Shown here: positions 1-9,757 of the stretch, piece by piece | How the letters are laid out: every line of letters starts with the position of its first letter | Position numbering within the stretch: position 1 is the stretch's first letter | NCBI GenBank assembly: GCA_963664815.2 | Contig: CAXXHB010000003.1 | Coordinates: 4,096,001-4,160,000 of the forward strand | Origin: Spirochaetota bacterium | Lineage (GTDB): Bacteria; Spirochaetota; UBA4802; UBA5550 | DNA: 64,000 nucleotides | Direction: 5' to 3' | Position numbers and translations under genes: made by a program | Notes under the pieces: generated by a model | Databases searched by the model: none | The model's input: the letters and a program-made list of their open reading frames with translations, nothing else | Told to the model about the DNA's origin: nothing

Positions 1-94
1 AGGTCTCCTCTTTGAATAGCGACAAGAGCTTTTCCATTATTTTTTCTTTAGACATTTTCCCATCCCGTAATAAGCAAATTTGACATATTATTAA

Positions 95-138
95 AACAGA
101 AAATACCCATCCTTTAACTTCGATGGGTATTTTCTGTT
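95..138 (-). terminator. Intrinsic terminator downstream of flaA pair
   Basis: Perfect 17-bp inverted repeat AACAGAAAATACCCATC...GATGGGTATTTTCTGTT about 60 nt past the flaA stop; a second small hairpin CTCCGG-AAAA-CCGGAG at 145-160. Confidence 0.75.
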
Positions 139-196
139 ATTTTACTCCGGAAAACCGGAGATACTAAATTAAAAAATTTATTAGAAAGCCTGAGAG

Positions 197-1117
197 TTAC
201 TTCTGTGTCCCTGTATTAGTACTGGACCCCTCAAAAGATTTATGTAGATCCTGCCCGTCAAAATAAACTTCATAGGTATCTGTTAAAACTTTAATCTGGT
301 CAAAAAACACGTACACATCCTCAGAATTCCTTGTGCTGGTTCCTGAATACTCACCAGCAACAGCTGTTACTTCTCTAAGAACTATACGTACAAGTTTAGA
401 GACTCTTGTTACAGGATAAGTATCCGATGATTGAGGCATCTTTTCAGGAATTTCAAAAGTCATTGGCCTCCACCCTACAAAGTTAACAGACTGTTTTTCC
501 AGAATATGTACATCACCTTTATAATCTTTCACCCAGAGCTCTATTGTATATGGAAAACCTCTTGCATGTACCCACATGGATATAGCCTTCGCTCTTCCAG
601 GAAGCTGTATTCCTCTTTCCTGTACATCCTTCCGAATAGCCTGATCATATGTCTTTACAGGTGTACGATCTTTCCAGTCAAGCTCCATTGGAGGTTCCAG
701 ATGTACTGAATTATTGCCAGGATATCTGAATCTGAAATGCAAACCTAATGCTTTTTTCTTCTCTTTTCCAAGTCCGGTTGGAGAATATGCTTCCTCAACT
801 TTCATATCATTAGGCCCGCTATCAACAGCTTTAATTGCAAGAGCCATTATTGGATTTTTTTTACTTTTAGTTTCTTCATCGCCTTTTGTATACTCTTTCG
901 GATTTGATGTTACAAACCAGCCATCTTCCTCTGTTTTTGTAGAAATTTTAAGATTCTCAAAATCCTCAACAACAAGCGCCTTTGTTTCTCCTCCGCTGAC
1001 ATCAGCGGCTACATTTGTTACAATTTTTGAATCAGCATTTTTTACAGATAGATTAATTATGAAAGAAGCTGTCACGCAAAAAACAACTACAAACATTCTT
1101 TTCGTTTTAATATTCAT
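197..1117 (-). CDS. flaA: Flagellar filament outer layer (sheath) protein FlaA
   Basis: Signal peptide; VEDFE, GIQLPGRAKAISMWV, NFVGWRPMTFEIP and VFFDQIKV motifs typical of spirochaetal FlaA; GGAGG RBS. Confidence 0.88.
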   Translation of the reverse strand: MNIKTKRMFVVVFCVTASFIINLSVKNADSKIVTNVAADVSGGETKALVVEDFENLKISTKTEEDGWFVTSNPKEYTKGDEETKSKKNPIMALAIKAVDSGPNDMKVEEAYSPTGLGKEKKKALGLHFRFRYPGNNSVHLEPPMELDWKDRTPVKTYDQAIRKDVQERGIQLPGRAKAISMWVHARGFPYTIELWVKDYKGDVHILEKQSVNFVGWRPMTFEIPEKMPQSSDTYPVTRVSKLVRIVLREVTAVAGEYSGTSTRNSEDVYVFFDQIKVLTDTYEVYFDGQDLHKSFEGSSTNTGTQK

Positions 1118-1145
1118 TTATGACCTCCATTCTCCTCATCAACCA

Positions 1146-1931
1146 TTACCAGTTATCCTTAATATTTTCATCACCAGTAAATTCAGAAAGATCCGTTACA
1201 ACTCTGAACTGATCCAGATAGAAATAAAAAGGTCCCGGAGCTTCAAAATTATCGCTTTCTACAAAGAAAGAAACAAAATGGAGGTTTTTATCCATAACCG
1301 CGTAATTAGAGGATTGAGGCAACCAGCCCGGAATAATCACAGACATCTCCCTCCACCCCCAGAAGTCGAGCCTGCCAATTTTAAGCTTATGCAAATGACC
1401 CCTGTAATCACGAACTTTCACATAAAGAGTATGTCTGAACTTTCTGCCGAGAACCCATACTTTCAGTTCCTTTGCTTTACCTCTTATTATGTACTCATTT
1501 GGCGGGAAGATCTCGACCCTGTCATAACCCCTGTCGAGGAAATAACTTTTTACACCAAGAACAAATGCATTTTTATGAACGATACCAGTTTCTTCTTCTT
1601 TTGTTTCATCAGCAAATTCTTTACCAACTTCACTATTTTCATTAACCGGTTGACCATCCTTCATAGGTCTCGGTTTACCGGGATATTTTCTGATTTTTGT
1701 TTCACCCAGCGGACATGTTGAAACGGCTCTCCAATCTTCGCTATCTTCAAAATCATTAAGCCAGTCAACAACAAGACCATCCAACTTCTGTTTATTGCCC
1801 CCATCGCCTGTTGTTTCACTTTTAGTTGATGCTCCTTCCTGGGCGAGCAGGTGCGAACCCCCATTGCCGACTAAAAGAACAAATGTCCCCAGAAGAATCG
1901 ACAATGCAGCCACTTTCAACTTCCTGTTCAT
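1146..1931 (-). CDS. flaA: Flagellar filament outer layer protein FlaA (second paralog)
   Basis: Signal peptide; DFEDSEDW, VLGVK, KVWVLGR, LDFWGWREMSVIIP and FYFYLDQFRV motifs; tandem with 197-1117 as in Leptospira. Confidence 0.88.
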   Translation of the reverse strand: MNRKLKVAALSILLGTFVLLVGNGGSHLLAQEGASTKSETTGDGGNKQKLDGLVVDWLNDFEDSEDWRAVSTCPLGETKIRKYPGKPRPMKDGQPVNENSEVGKEFADETKEEETGIVHKNAFVLGVKSYFLDRGYDRVEIFPPNEYIIRGKAKELKVWVLGRKFRHTLYVKVRDYRGHLHKLKIGRLDFWGWREMSVIIPGWLPQSSNYAVMDKNLHFVSFFVESDNFEAPGPFYFYLDQFRVVTDLSEFTGDENIKDNW

Positions 1932-2002
1932 CGTAAACTCCTTTAATCAATATCGATTAATTCACGCTAATATAATTGAATAATTATACCTGACTATTTC
2001 AA

Positions 2003-2030
2003 TTGTCGGTATAAAAAAATGAAAAATTAA
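2003..2030 (-). promoter_or_regulatory. Possible sigma-28-like promoter for the flaA pair
   Basis: Minus strand TAAT-N15-ACCGACAA versus consensus TAAA-N15-GCCGATAA, about 70 nt upstream of the start; AT-rich background makes this weak. Confidence 0.3.
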
Positions 2031-2374
2031 ACAAATAATATTTAATCCTATAATAATACTCTACATTTAAATTTAAATATAACATTAATCTTTGTCAAGG
2101 AAAATAATCAGATGTAAAATTTGTATAAAAATATTCTGAAAAAAACCGTGTGATGTGACATAAAATGTTATGACTAACCTTATTCTTCTTCTCAGACTCT
2201 AAAGTTAGCAGTATCTCCTTTTTAAGTACAACTAAATAAAAAAAATATTGATAAAAAAATTAAATATTTCAGATTAAAACATAAAATATTAAAATAATCT
2301 CTATACAGGCTTAAGAAGCAGAGAGATTAAGAATAACTTTTACAAATACATTAAATACATATCCGGAGTTTTCT

Positions 2375-2890
2375 TTGAAAAAAAATAGCAATATCGATCA
2401 CCCGGTTTTTTTTAAAATAGTAATGTTGATCACAGGACTGATAGCCGGTTTTATATGCGTTAAACTTTTATTTCTGCGTATGACTGTCAGCACAGATTCA
2501 ATGAATCCTACCCTTAAAACCGGGGATAAAATAATAATCAGCAAGCTTTCAGATATAAAAAAAGGTGATATTATCGTTTTAAACAGCCCGGTCGAAGATG
2601 GAAGACTACTGATTTCAAGAGTCGTAGCTTCAGAATATGAATCTGTTGAAATACGCAATAAAGTAGTCTATGTTGATGATAAAAGCATGGAAATCATCTC
2701 TGATTCTACAAGAAATAGCGGAATTATCTATCCTATGAAATTCTGTTACAGAGATAATATGCCACCGGTAAAACTGGAAAGAAATGAATATTTTTTACTT
2801 GGTGATAATTTTGATAAAAGCTTTGACAGCAGGGCTTTCGGAAAAATTTCAAGTGCTTCAATTGTTGGCAAAGTAATCTACAAGAAATAG
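2375..2890 (+). CDS. Signal peptidase I (S26) family protein; catalytic Lys apparently replaced
   Basis: N-terminal TM helix; box B DSMNPTL, KGDIIV, box E GDNFDKSFDSR; box D reads LISRVV instead of xIKRV. Confidence 0.8.
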   Translation: MKKNSNIDHPVFFKIVMLITGLIAGFICVKLLFLRMTVSTDSMNPTLKTGDKIIISKLSDIKKGDIIVLNSPVEDGRLLISRVVASEYESVEIRNKVVYVDDKSMEIISDSTRNSGIIYPMKFCYRDNMPPVKLERNEYFLLGDNFDKSFDSRAFGKISSASIVGKVIYKK

Positions 2891-2928
2891 GTTCCTGAGA
2901 CAGGGGCCGGTTTGCCCGGGGAGGCTAA

Positions 2929-5418
2929 ATGGCAAGAGCGATTATAATGGCCGGCGGAGAGGGAACAAGACTCCGCCCTTTGACCTGTATAAGAGCAAAA
3001 CCGATGGTGCCGGTTATTAATAAACCAACCATTGAACATTCGGTAAAACTTCTTAAATCATATGGCATCACAGACATTACTCTCAGCATTTATACTCTTC
3101 CTGAAAATTTCCAGAATTACTTCGGAGATGGCTCCGAACTTGGAGTCAAAATCTCCTATTCTGTTGAAGAAAAGCCTCTTGGTACGGCAGGAGGAGTGAA
3201 AAAAGCCCTTGGAGATACTGATGAGACCTCAATAATTTTAAGTGGTGACGGCATTATTGATTTTAACATTAGAGAAATACTTCAATTTCACAGGGAAAAG
3301 CAGTCATCTATCACAATCGTCCTGAACAGAACTGATAAACCAACCGATTATGGAGTTGTTATAACAGACAGCCAGGGTAGAATAGAAAAATTCCTGGAAA
3401 AACCATCATGGAGTGAAATCTACTCCGACACAGTCAACACCGGAATGTATGTTATAGAACCATCACTCATAAAAAAATTTATTCCAGATGAAGAAAGTTC
3501 CGACTTTTCACTCGATCTCTTTCCAGTACTCAAAAAGAAAAAGATACCGATGTACGGATTCATAACAGATGGCTATTGGTGTGACATAGGAACACTTGCA
3601 ACTTATAACAATGTCCATAAAGATATACTGGACGGAAAAGTAAAAATTGATATTCCCGGGAAAAAAATTGCGCATGATATATGGGTTGGGCGGGATGTTG
3701 AGATTGATCCTGGCGCAAAAATAAAAGGGCCAATAATAATAGGTGATTTTGCACGAATAAAAAAAGGAGCTGAAATATCTGAATATTCTGTTATAGGGGA
3801 CAACTGCCTTATAGAAGAAAATTCATCTGTTAAAAAAAGCATTATTTTCCATAACACGGTCATAGGGAGAAACTGCGAACTGCGAGGCGCCATTGTAGGA
3901 AAAAGATGTGTTCTCGGAGAAAGTGTTTCAATATATGAAGACGCCGTCGTTGCAGATGACTGTTCACTCGGCTCAGGTACAGTAATCCAGTCTGGAATAC
4001 GTGTATGGCCTGATAAATCCATTGAACAGGGTACCAGGATTACAACAGACCTTATATGGGGTCAGACCGAAAAGAAAACCCTTTTCAGCTCCGATGGAAT
4101 TACAGGTACATTTAATGTCAAGATTACTCCCGAATTTGCTTCCAAAATTGGTTCCGCAGTGGGCGCGTATCTTGGAAAAAATACAAAAGTTGTCATAAGC
4201 AGAGATGTCACAAAAGCATCTTGTCTTATCAAACATGCATTGACATCAGGCCTCTTATCCATGGGAGTTGATGTTTACGATATGGACATTGAGACTGTAC
4301 CAATCAACAGGTACTGTACAAAGTTTTTAAATACCGATATGGGTATTTACATTCAGGTTACATATCTTACGGGATTACAGAATATCCAGATTCAGTTTTT
4401 CAACAGAAACGGTTTTCAGATCCCTGTATGCGAGGAAAAGAGAATCGAAAATATTTTTTTCAGAGGTGACTATCCCCGGAAAGATGTCTTTGAATCCGGA
4501 GAGGTCATCCACCCTTCACATCACATAGGTTCTTACATCAGCAATATGATAAATTACATCAACAGAGAAACAGTTAAAAAGGGGAACTGGAAAATTATTC
4601 TCGATTGTCTTAATGGCACAGCTTCCTATATCTTCCCGGAGCTGCTCGATTCAATGAACATTGAAACAACAGTGCTGCGCGGCCAGATAAAAGAAACACT
4701 CAACGAATACGACATTATGGCGGGAACCATTAAATCCATATACAATGTTGTTAACATGTCCAAGATGAACAGAGAGATCGGTGTAATCATAGGCCCTCAC
4801 GGCACTAATATTACAATCATTGACGAGATGGGAAATGTTCTCACTACCGACGATATCACTGCGATCCTAAGCCTTTTTTATTTAAAATATTCCTATTCGA
4901 AAACAATCAGCCTTCCAGTTAATTCTTCAAATGTCATAAGCCGCCTTATTGAAGATAATGGTGGAACCGTTAAATGGACATCCACAAGGCTCAGAATTCC
5001 TGAAGATTCAATAGATATATTCTTCGGCGGAAAATCAAGGCATCCGTTACTTGAGCAGAAGATTGACCCGATGATTACATTCCTGAGAGTACTTGAATAT
5101 CTCACCCTTGAACAGAAAGAACTTTATGAAGTGAGAGAATTCCTCCCCAGAACCAATCTTTTAAGCACAAGTATACAATGTACTGTTGAAGAAAAAGCTG
5201 CAATCATGGCAATGCTCTCAACAGAAACAGAAAAGAATAATGTCGAACTTATAGATGGCATAAAAATAATTCAGAACAATTCGTGGATACTTCTTCTCCC
5301 GGATTCATCACAGCCACTTATACACATCTATGCTGAGGGTGACTCGACAAAAGAGAGAGACAGACTCATAAACAGCTATTCCGAAAAGATAAAACAGTTC
5401 AGACTGGGGCATATTTAA
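2929..5418 (+). CDS. Mannose-1-phosphate guanylyltransferase / LbH / phosphomannomutase-like fusion
   Basis: AIIMAGGEGTRLRPLT, PLGTAG, FLEKP and YWCDIG nucleotidyltransferase motifs; hexapeptide repeats; C-terminal LFSSDGITG and DGIKI PGM/PMM-like fold. Confidence 0.85.
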   Translation: MARAIIMAGGEGTRLRPLTCIRAKPMVPVINKPTIEHSVKLLKSYGITDITLSIYTLPENFQNYFGDGSELGVKISYSVEEKPLGTAGGVKKALGDTDETSIILSGDGIIDFNIREILQFHREKQSSITIVLNRTDKPTDYGVVITDSQGRIEKFLEKPSWSEIYSDTVNTGMYVIEPSLIKKFIPDEESSDFSLDLFPVLKKKKIPMYGFITDGYWCDIGTLATYNNVHKDILDGKVKIDIPGKKIAHDIWVGRDVEIDPGAKIKGPIIIGDFARIKKGAEISEYSVIGDNCLIEENSSVKKSIIFHNTVIGRNCELRGAIVGKRCVLGESVSIYEDAVVADDCSLGSGTVIQSGIRVWPDKSIEQGTRITTDLIWGQTEKKTLFSSDGITGTFNVKITPEFASKIGSAVGAYLGKNTKVVISRDVTKASCLIKHALTSGLLSMGVDVYDMDIETVPINRYCTKFLNTDMGIYIQVTYLTGLQNIQIQFFNRNGFQIPVCEEKRIENIFFRGDYPRKDVFESGEVIHPSHHIGSYISNMINYINRETVKKGNWKIILDCLNGTASYIFPELLDSMNIETTVLRGQIKETLNEYDIMAGTIKSIYNVVNMSKMNREIGVIIGPHGTNITIIDEMGNVLTTDDITAILSLFYLKYSYSKTISLPVNSSNVISRLIEDNGGTVKWTSTRLRIPEDSIDIFFGGKSRHPLLEQKIDPMITFLRVLEYLTLEQKELYEVREFLPRTNLLSTSIQCTVEEKAAIMAMLSTETEKNNVELIDGIKIIQNNSWILLLPDSSQPLIHIYAEGDSTKERDRLINSYSEKIKQFRLGHI

Positions 5419-5601
5419 TGCAGGATAATAATTATTTCATTGTTCATACATAAATATCGCGAACAGTCTCCGGAGTAGGCGGCTTTCTCTTCAGTTGATG
5501 AAATGAATTTTAAAATAATTATTTACTGAAGCTATAATTCTGGCTATCATTTCTTGACTGAGCCAAAAGATAACACATGAAAATATTCCGCCAGTTTTTC
5601 A

Positions 5602-7113
5602 TTAATACAAAACCTGAATTATACTACCGCTGCTTTTTTCAACCAGATGCAATCCGATTCTGGTGGTATTATTAATAAATCTCCTGTCATGGCTGACTAT
5701 GATGACTGCCCCTTCAAATCCCGAAAGGGCATTTTCCAGACATTCAACAGAAGGCATATCCATATGGTTTGTAGGCTCATCCATCATTATCAGCGAAGGA
5801 GTTTTCATCAGTCCAAGTCCCAGAATTAGTTTCCGTATCTCTCCGGGGCTAGGAATTGGTGTCTGAAGAATTCTTTCAGGATCTGATCCCAACCTGTAAA
5901 CAACGGAAAGAAGTTCGCCAAGATCCTTTCCTGATAGAGTTTCAATTTCAGATTGAATTTCCCTCCATTCATCTGTACTTATCTCCTGGCTTATGTATAT
6001 AACCTTATTGTCAGGGATAGCTATCATTGACCTGATATACCTCATCAGCGTACTTTTACCGGTTCCGTTATTTCCGGTAATACTGATCCTGTCCGAAGGA
6101 AGTATTACAAACTCCGGAATCTTAATATACCGCTTTTCATTTATATATATTTTTCCGGCTGGAATCAGCGCAATTCTGTCTCTTCTCAACCGTTCCCCAT
6201 TATATGTAAAACCATCGGTTTTCCTGATTTTTACATATTTTGAAACTGCTTCACTATTAAGGTTCTCTGCCCGTTTCTCTACCATTTTTATTTTTCGTGA
6301 AGCTTTTTTATCCTTTCCTGTTAATCGCGCAAGGTCTATTTTTCCTTTGGCATCATGATCATGTTTTTTTATATTTTTTTTAGACAGTGATCCGGTTCTT
6401 CCATGCTCTTTCCTCTTTAGAAGTCTGAGACTCTTTTCAACCCTCTCCATTCTTTCTAAAGCTGTTTCATATCCTCTCTCCGCGCTTCTCTCCTCCAGTT
6501 CCTCCTGAGCCCTTCCTGAAGTGTATCCTCCCGGCCTTAATATAATTTTTCCGGGACGTACAAAAAGCGTTGAGGAGCAAAGTCGGTCAATCAGATCGCG
6601 GTCGTGACTTATGACCATTCCTATACCTTTGAAAGTTTCGAGTGCGCTGATTATCTGTTCCCTTGCACATGAATCGAGGTGATTGGCAGGTTCATCCATA
6701 ACAAGAATATCGGGTTCACGCTGAAGAGCTGCTCCTGCCTGAAACTTTTTCCGTTCACCATGACTGAGTGTATCCCATCTCTCAAGTCAGTCATTATCTA
6801 TACCAAGCAGAGATCTCAGTTCCCCTGCCCTGTTATCGCTGTTGCAAATAAACTCGGCAGCCCTGCATGGTGGAAACTCAGTAATCTGATCGCAAAAAGC
6901 TGATGATGAATTATTTAATCCGGTGATTTTCCCTTTTCCTGGAAGAAGAAGCCCGCAGGCAAGCATGGCAATGGTGCTTTTTCCAGCACCATTAGGTCCG
7001 ACAATACCTGTCCATCCACTTGTAAAATTAATAGACAGAGAGGAAATAATATTTTCCGATGAGGTACCATATGAAAATGAAACATCGATAAATCTCAAAT
7101 TAACTGACGACAT
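5602..7113 (-). pseudogene. ABC-F family ATPase interrupted by one in-frame TGA (6787-6789)
   Basis: ORFs 6787-7134 and 5602-6699 share one frame; the joint reads GIDND*LERWDTLSHGERKKFQAGAALQREPDILVMDEPANHLD. Two Walker A motifs (GPNGAGKST, GNNGTGKST), two DEPxNH Walker B motifs, no TM segments; ATG at 7113 follows AGGAGAG. Confidence 0.8.
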
Positions 7114-7212
7114 AGCTCTCTCCTGAATCTGCAATATGCCGGTATTATCACTTCTATTCCCGGTTGGCTCTATGAAGAAAGAGAGAAATCCATCAGGATC
7201 CAGCTCTTTCAG

Positions 7213-7230
7213 TTAATCTTCTGATTTCAT
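7213..7230 (-). promoter_or_regulatory. Putative leader peptide uORF (MKSED*) upstream of ABC-F
   Basis: ATG AAA TCA GAA GAT TAA preceded by AAAGGAAA and followed by a hairpin-forming segment. Confidence 0.45.
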
Positions 7231-7409
7231 GTATGTTTATTTCCTTTTTTAATAAGTAGTCAATTTCTCTAATTTAAATCCTGTTATTGTCAATATTTTT
7301 TCAAATAATTTCTCTGTTTCAATAACGCCACTATGTAAACACCTGCTATAATTCTTGACAAATAATACTTCGAAGCATAAATAAATCTTCATCTGAGAGG
7401 TGAAATGAC

Positions 7410-7613
7410 ATGGACTGTAAAAAAGAAAAAAATCTCACAGGATGCAACTGCACTTACACTCCCTGTTCAAGAAAAGGTTTATGCTGTGAATGTATAACAT
7501 ATCACAGGAGGGCAAGGGAACTCCCGGCATGTTTTTTCCCGGCGAAATCAGAAAGAAGCTACGACAGATCTTATGAACATTTTTTACAACTTGTGAAAAA
7601 TGGAGAAGTTTAA
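7410..7613 (+). CDS. Small Cys-rich protein (DUF6485-like)
   Basis: GAGGTG RBS; C-x-C-TY-x-PC-x-RKG-x-CCEC-x2-YH...LPACFF pattern. Confidence 0.75.
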   Translation: MDCKKEKNLTGCNCTYTPCSRKGLCCECITYHRRARELPACFFPAKSERSYDRSYEHFLQLVKNGEV

Positions 7614-8005
7614 TAAAAAATTTAAAACGATAAAATATACAATTTCAATATAAATAAATACAGGTTCCGGATTACCGGATAAATATTATATACAGACTAT
7701 CCCTGCTGAGACTCTGTTCCTCTCCTTAAATAATAATTTATTACAATCTTTGTAATTAACTCTGCCTTAATAAAAAATCATCTTGATTTAATCAGTCTTA
7801 TTAATTATATTTCATCAGGATTAAATATCAATTATAAAGTCCGTTTAAAAAATTTTTGACAGATTAAATTTAATATAATAAGCTTGGTATAAAAAGTCAG
7901 GTAACATTTCGACTGTAAATAAATCATAATTTCAGATTCGATTCCTGCTAAAGATTAAAAAAAGATGCTCAGCAATACAGGGTTTAAATGTAAACTGGAG
8001 GAACA

Positions 8006-8611
8006 ATGTTTCTAAGATTTTTAATATCTCTTATACTTGGCATAATCTCGGCTAAAATTTTTCATTTTTTATTTTTTTTTAAAAGTTATCTGTTATCATT
8101 CCTGATAGGAGTTCTTGTTTATTATCTCGTATATAAGATCCTGAAAGCAATTATCCCTGGTAAAGGCACCGATAAACCCTTAAGTGATCCATTTAAAGCA
8201 ATTGCCGGGGAAAAAGCCGTAAAAGAGGGATTGGAGAAACTCAGAAACCTAAGAAATAAAACCCGTATGATCACCAGCAATGAAGTAGCGACAAAAGTTC
8301 AGGATATCTGTAAAACCGGCGCCGATATCTTTGACTATCTTGGTAAAAATCCCGGTGATATATCCAAAGCACGGCAGTTCATTAATTACTACCTCGATGC
8401 AACTGAAAAGATTGTAAACCAGTATGTAGAACTCTCCGCACGTAAAGATAAAACTCCGGAAATTGAAGATTCCTTAAAAAAAGTAGAATCCATACTCGAT
8501 TCGATAAAAGATACCTATTCAAAACAACTGCAGAATCTCCTTGAAAATGATCTTCTTGACCTCAACACGGAGATCACAGTTCTTGAAAAAACAATGAAAT
8601 ATGAAGGATAA
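8006..8611 (+). CDS. XpaC-like (5-bromo-4-chloroindolyl phosphate hydrolysis family) membrane protein
   Basis: Two N-terminal TM helices; ARQFINYYLDATEKIVNQY and DLLDLNTEITVL motifs; directly upstream of telA, the usual pairing. Confidence 0.8.
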   Translation: MFLRFLISLILGIISAKIFHFLFFFKSYLLSFLIGVLVYYLVYKILKAIIPGKGTDKPLSDPFKAIAGEKAVKEGLEKLRNLRNKTRMITSNEVATKVQDICKTGADIFDYLGKNPGDISKARQFINYYLDATEKIVNQYVELSARKDKTPEIEDSLKKVESILDSIKDTYSKQLQNLLENDLLDLNTEITVLEKTMKYEG

Positions 8612-8635
8612 TAATTAATAATACCGGAGGACACA

Positions 8636-9733
8636 ATGGAAGGAGCAGTTCAGGAATTAAAAAAAGAACCCGCATTAAATGATCTTACAGGAGATCAGAA
8701 ACAGAAGGTCGAACAGATCATGGCGCAAATAGATGTTAATGACTCTCAGGGAATAATTCAATATGGCGTTGGAGCCCAGAGTAACATATCCAGTTTTGCC
8801 GATAGTATACTCGACCAGGTAAAAGCTAAAGACGCTGGAGAGGTCGGAGCAGTATTGACAGATCTTATGCTCACAGTTAAAAAAATAGACGTTGAATCTC
8901 TTTCCAGCGAAAGCCTGATGTCAAAGATCCCGCTGCTTGGTAATCTCTTTGCCGGGGCAAAAAAATTTATTGCACAATACCAGTCTATTGAACATCATAT
9001 TGAAGAGATAACAGACGAGATGACCAAGGCGAGAATGCAACTTCTGAAAGATATAACTCTCCTTGACTCACTTTATGAAAAAAACAAGGAATATCTCACC
9101 GAACTGGATATTTTTATACTCGCAGGGGAACTGAAACTTAAAGAGCTCCAGGATAAAACACTCCCTGAAGTAAAAGCAAAGGCCGAAGCATCAAAGGATA
9201 CACTAGATGCACAAAAGGTTCAGGATCTTTCGCAAATGATAAACAGGTTTGAGAAAAAAGTTCACGATCTCAAACTAAGCAGGATGATCGCGATTCAGAC
9301 ACTCCCGCAGGTGAGACTCATTCAGAATAATGACCAGCTTCTGGTGGAAAAAATCCAGAGTTCAATACTTAACACAATTCCTCTGTGGAAAAATCAGGTT
9401 GTTATTGCAATAAGTCTCTTCAGACAGAAAAAAGCTCTCGAACTTCAGAAAGAAGTCTCCGCCACAACAAATGATCTCCTTACAAAAAATTCAGAGCTTC
9501 TGAAAACCAGCAGTATTGAAGTAGCGAAAGAATCTGAAAAAGGTATTGTTGAAATTGAGACTCTTAAAAAAGTCCATGATAACCTGATATCAACTATCGA
9601 TGAAACGCTCAAAATTCAGGCGGAGGGTAAAACTAAACGTGCACAGGCGGAGGTTGAAATCCAGAAACTCGAAAACGACCTGAAAAATAAACTTTCTCAG
9701 GTGAAAGAATCAGGTTCACCGTTAAAATTATAG
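8636..9733 (+). CDS. telA: Toxic anion (tellurite) resistance protein TelA
   Basis: QYGVGAQ, RFEKKVHDLKLSR, PQVRLIQNND, NTIPLWKNQ motifs. Confidence 0.9.
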   Translation: MEGAVQELKKEPALNDLTGDQKQKVEQIMAQIDVNDSQGIIQYGVGAQSNISSFADSILDQVKAKDAGEVGAVLTDLMLTVKKIDVESLSSESLMSKIPLLGNLFAGAKKFIAQYQSIEHHIEEITDEMTKARMQLLKDITLLDSLYEKNKEYLTELDIFILAGELKLKELQDKTLPEVKAKAEASKDTLDAQKVQDLSQMINRFEKKVHDLKLSRMIAIQTLPQVRLIQNNDQLLVEKIQSSILNTIPLWKNQVVIAISLFRQKKALELQKEVSATTNDLLTKNSELLKTSSIEVAKESEKGIVEIETLKKVHDNLISTIDETLKIQAEGKTKRAQAEVEIQKLENDLKNKLSQVKESGSPLKL

Positions 9734-9757
9734 AAATACAACATTTACTATATCGAA

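Noticed and set aside
1-12. GAGGAG RBS on the minus strand at the window edge
   Set aside because: The gene it serves begins outside the window and cannot be called
714-1721. 335-aa plus-strand ORF spanning both flaA genes
   Set aside because: Antisense shadow of two well-supported genes; Ser/Phe-rich composition and no motifs
6787-6789. Genetic code 4/25 or selenocysteine recoding
   Set aside because: TGA ends many genes here and Trp is encoded by TGG; no evident SECIS, and the position is not a Cys-type site
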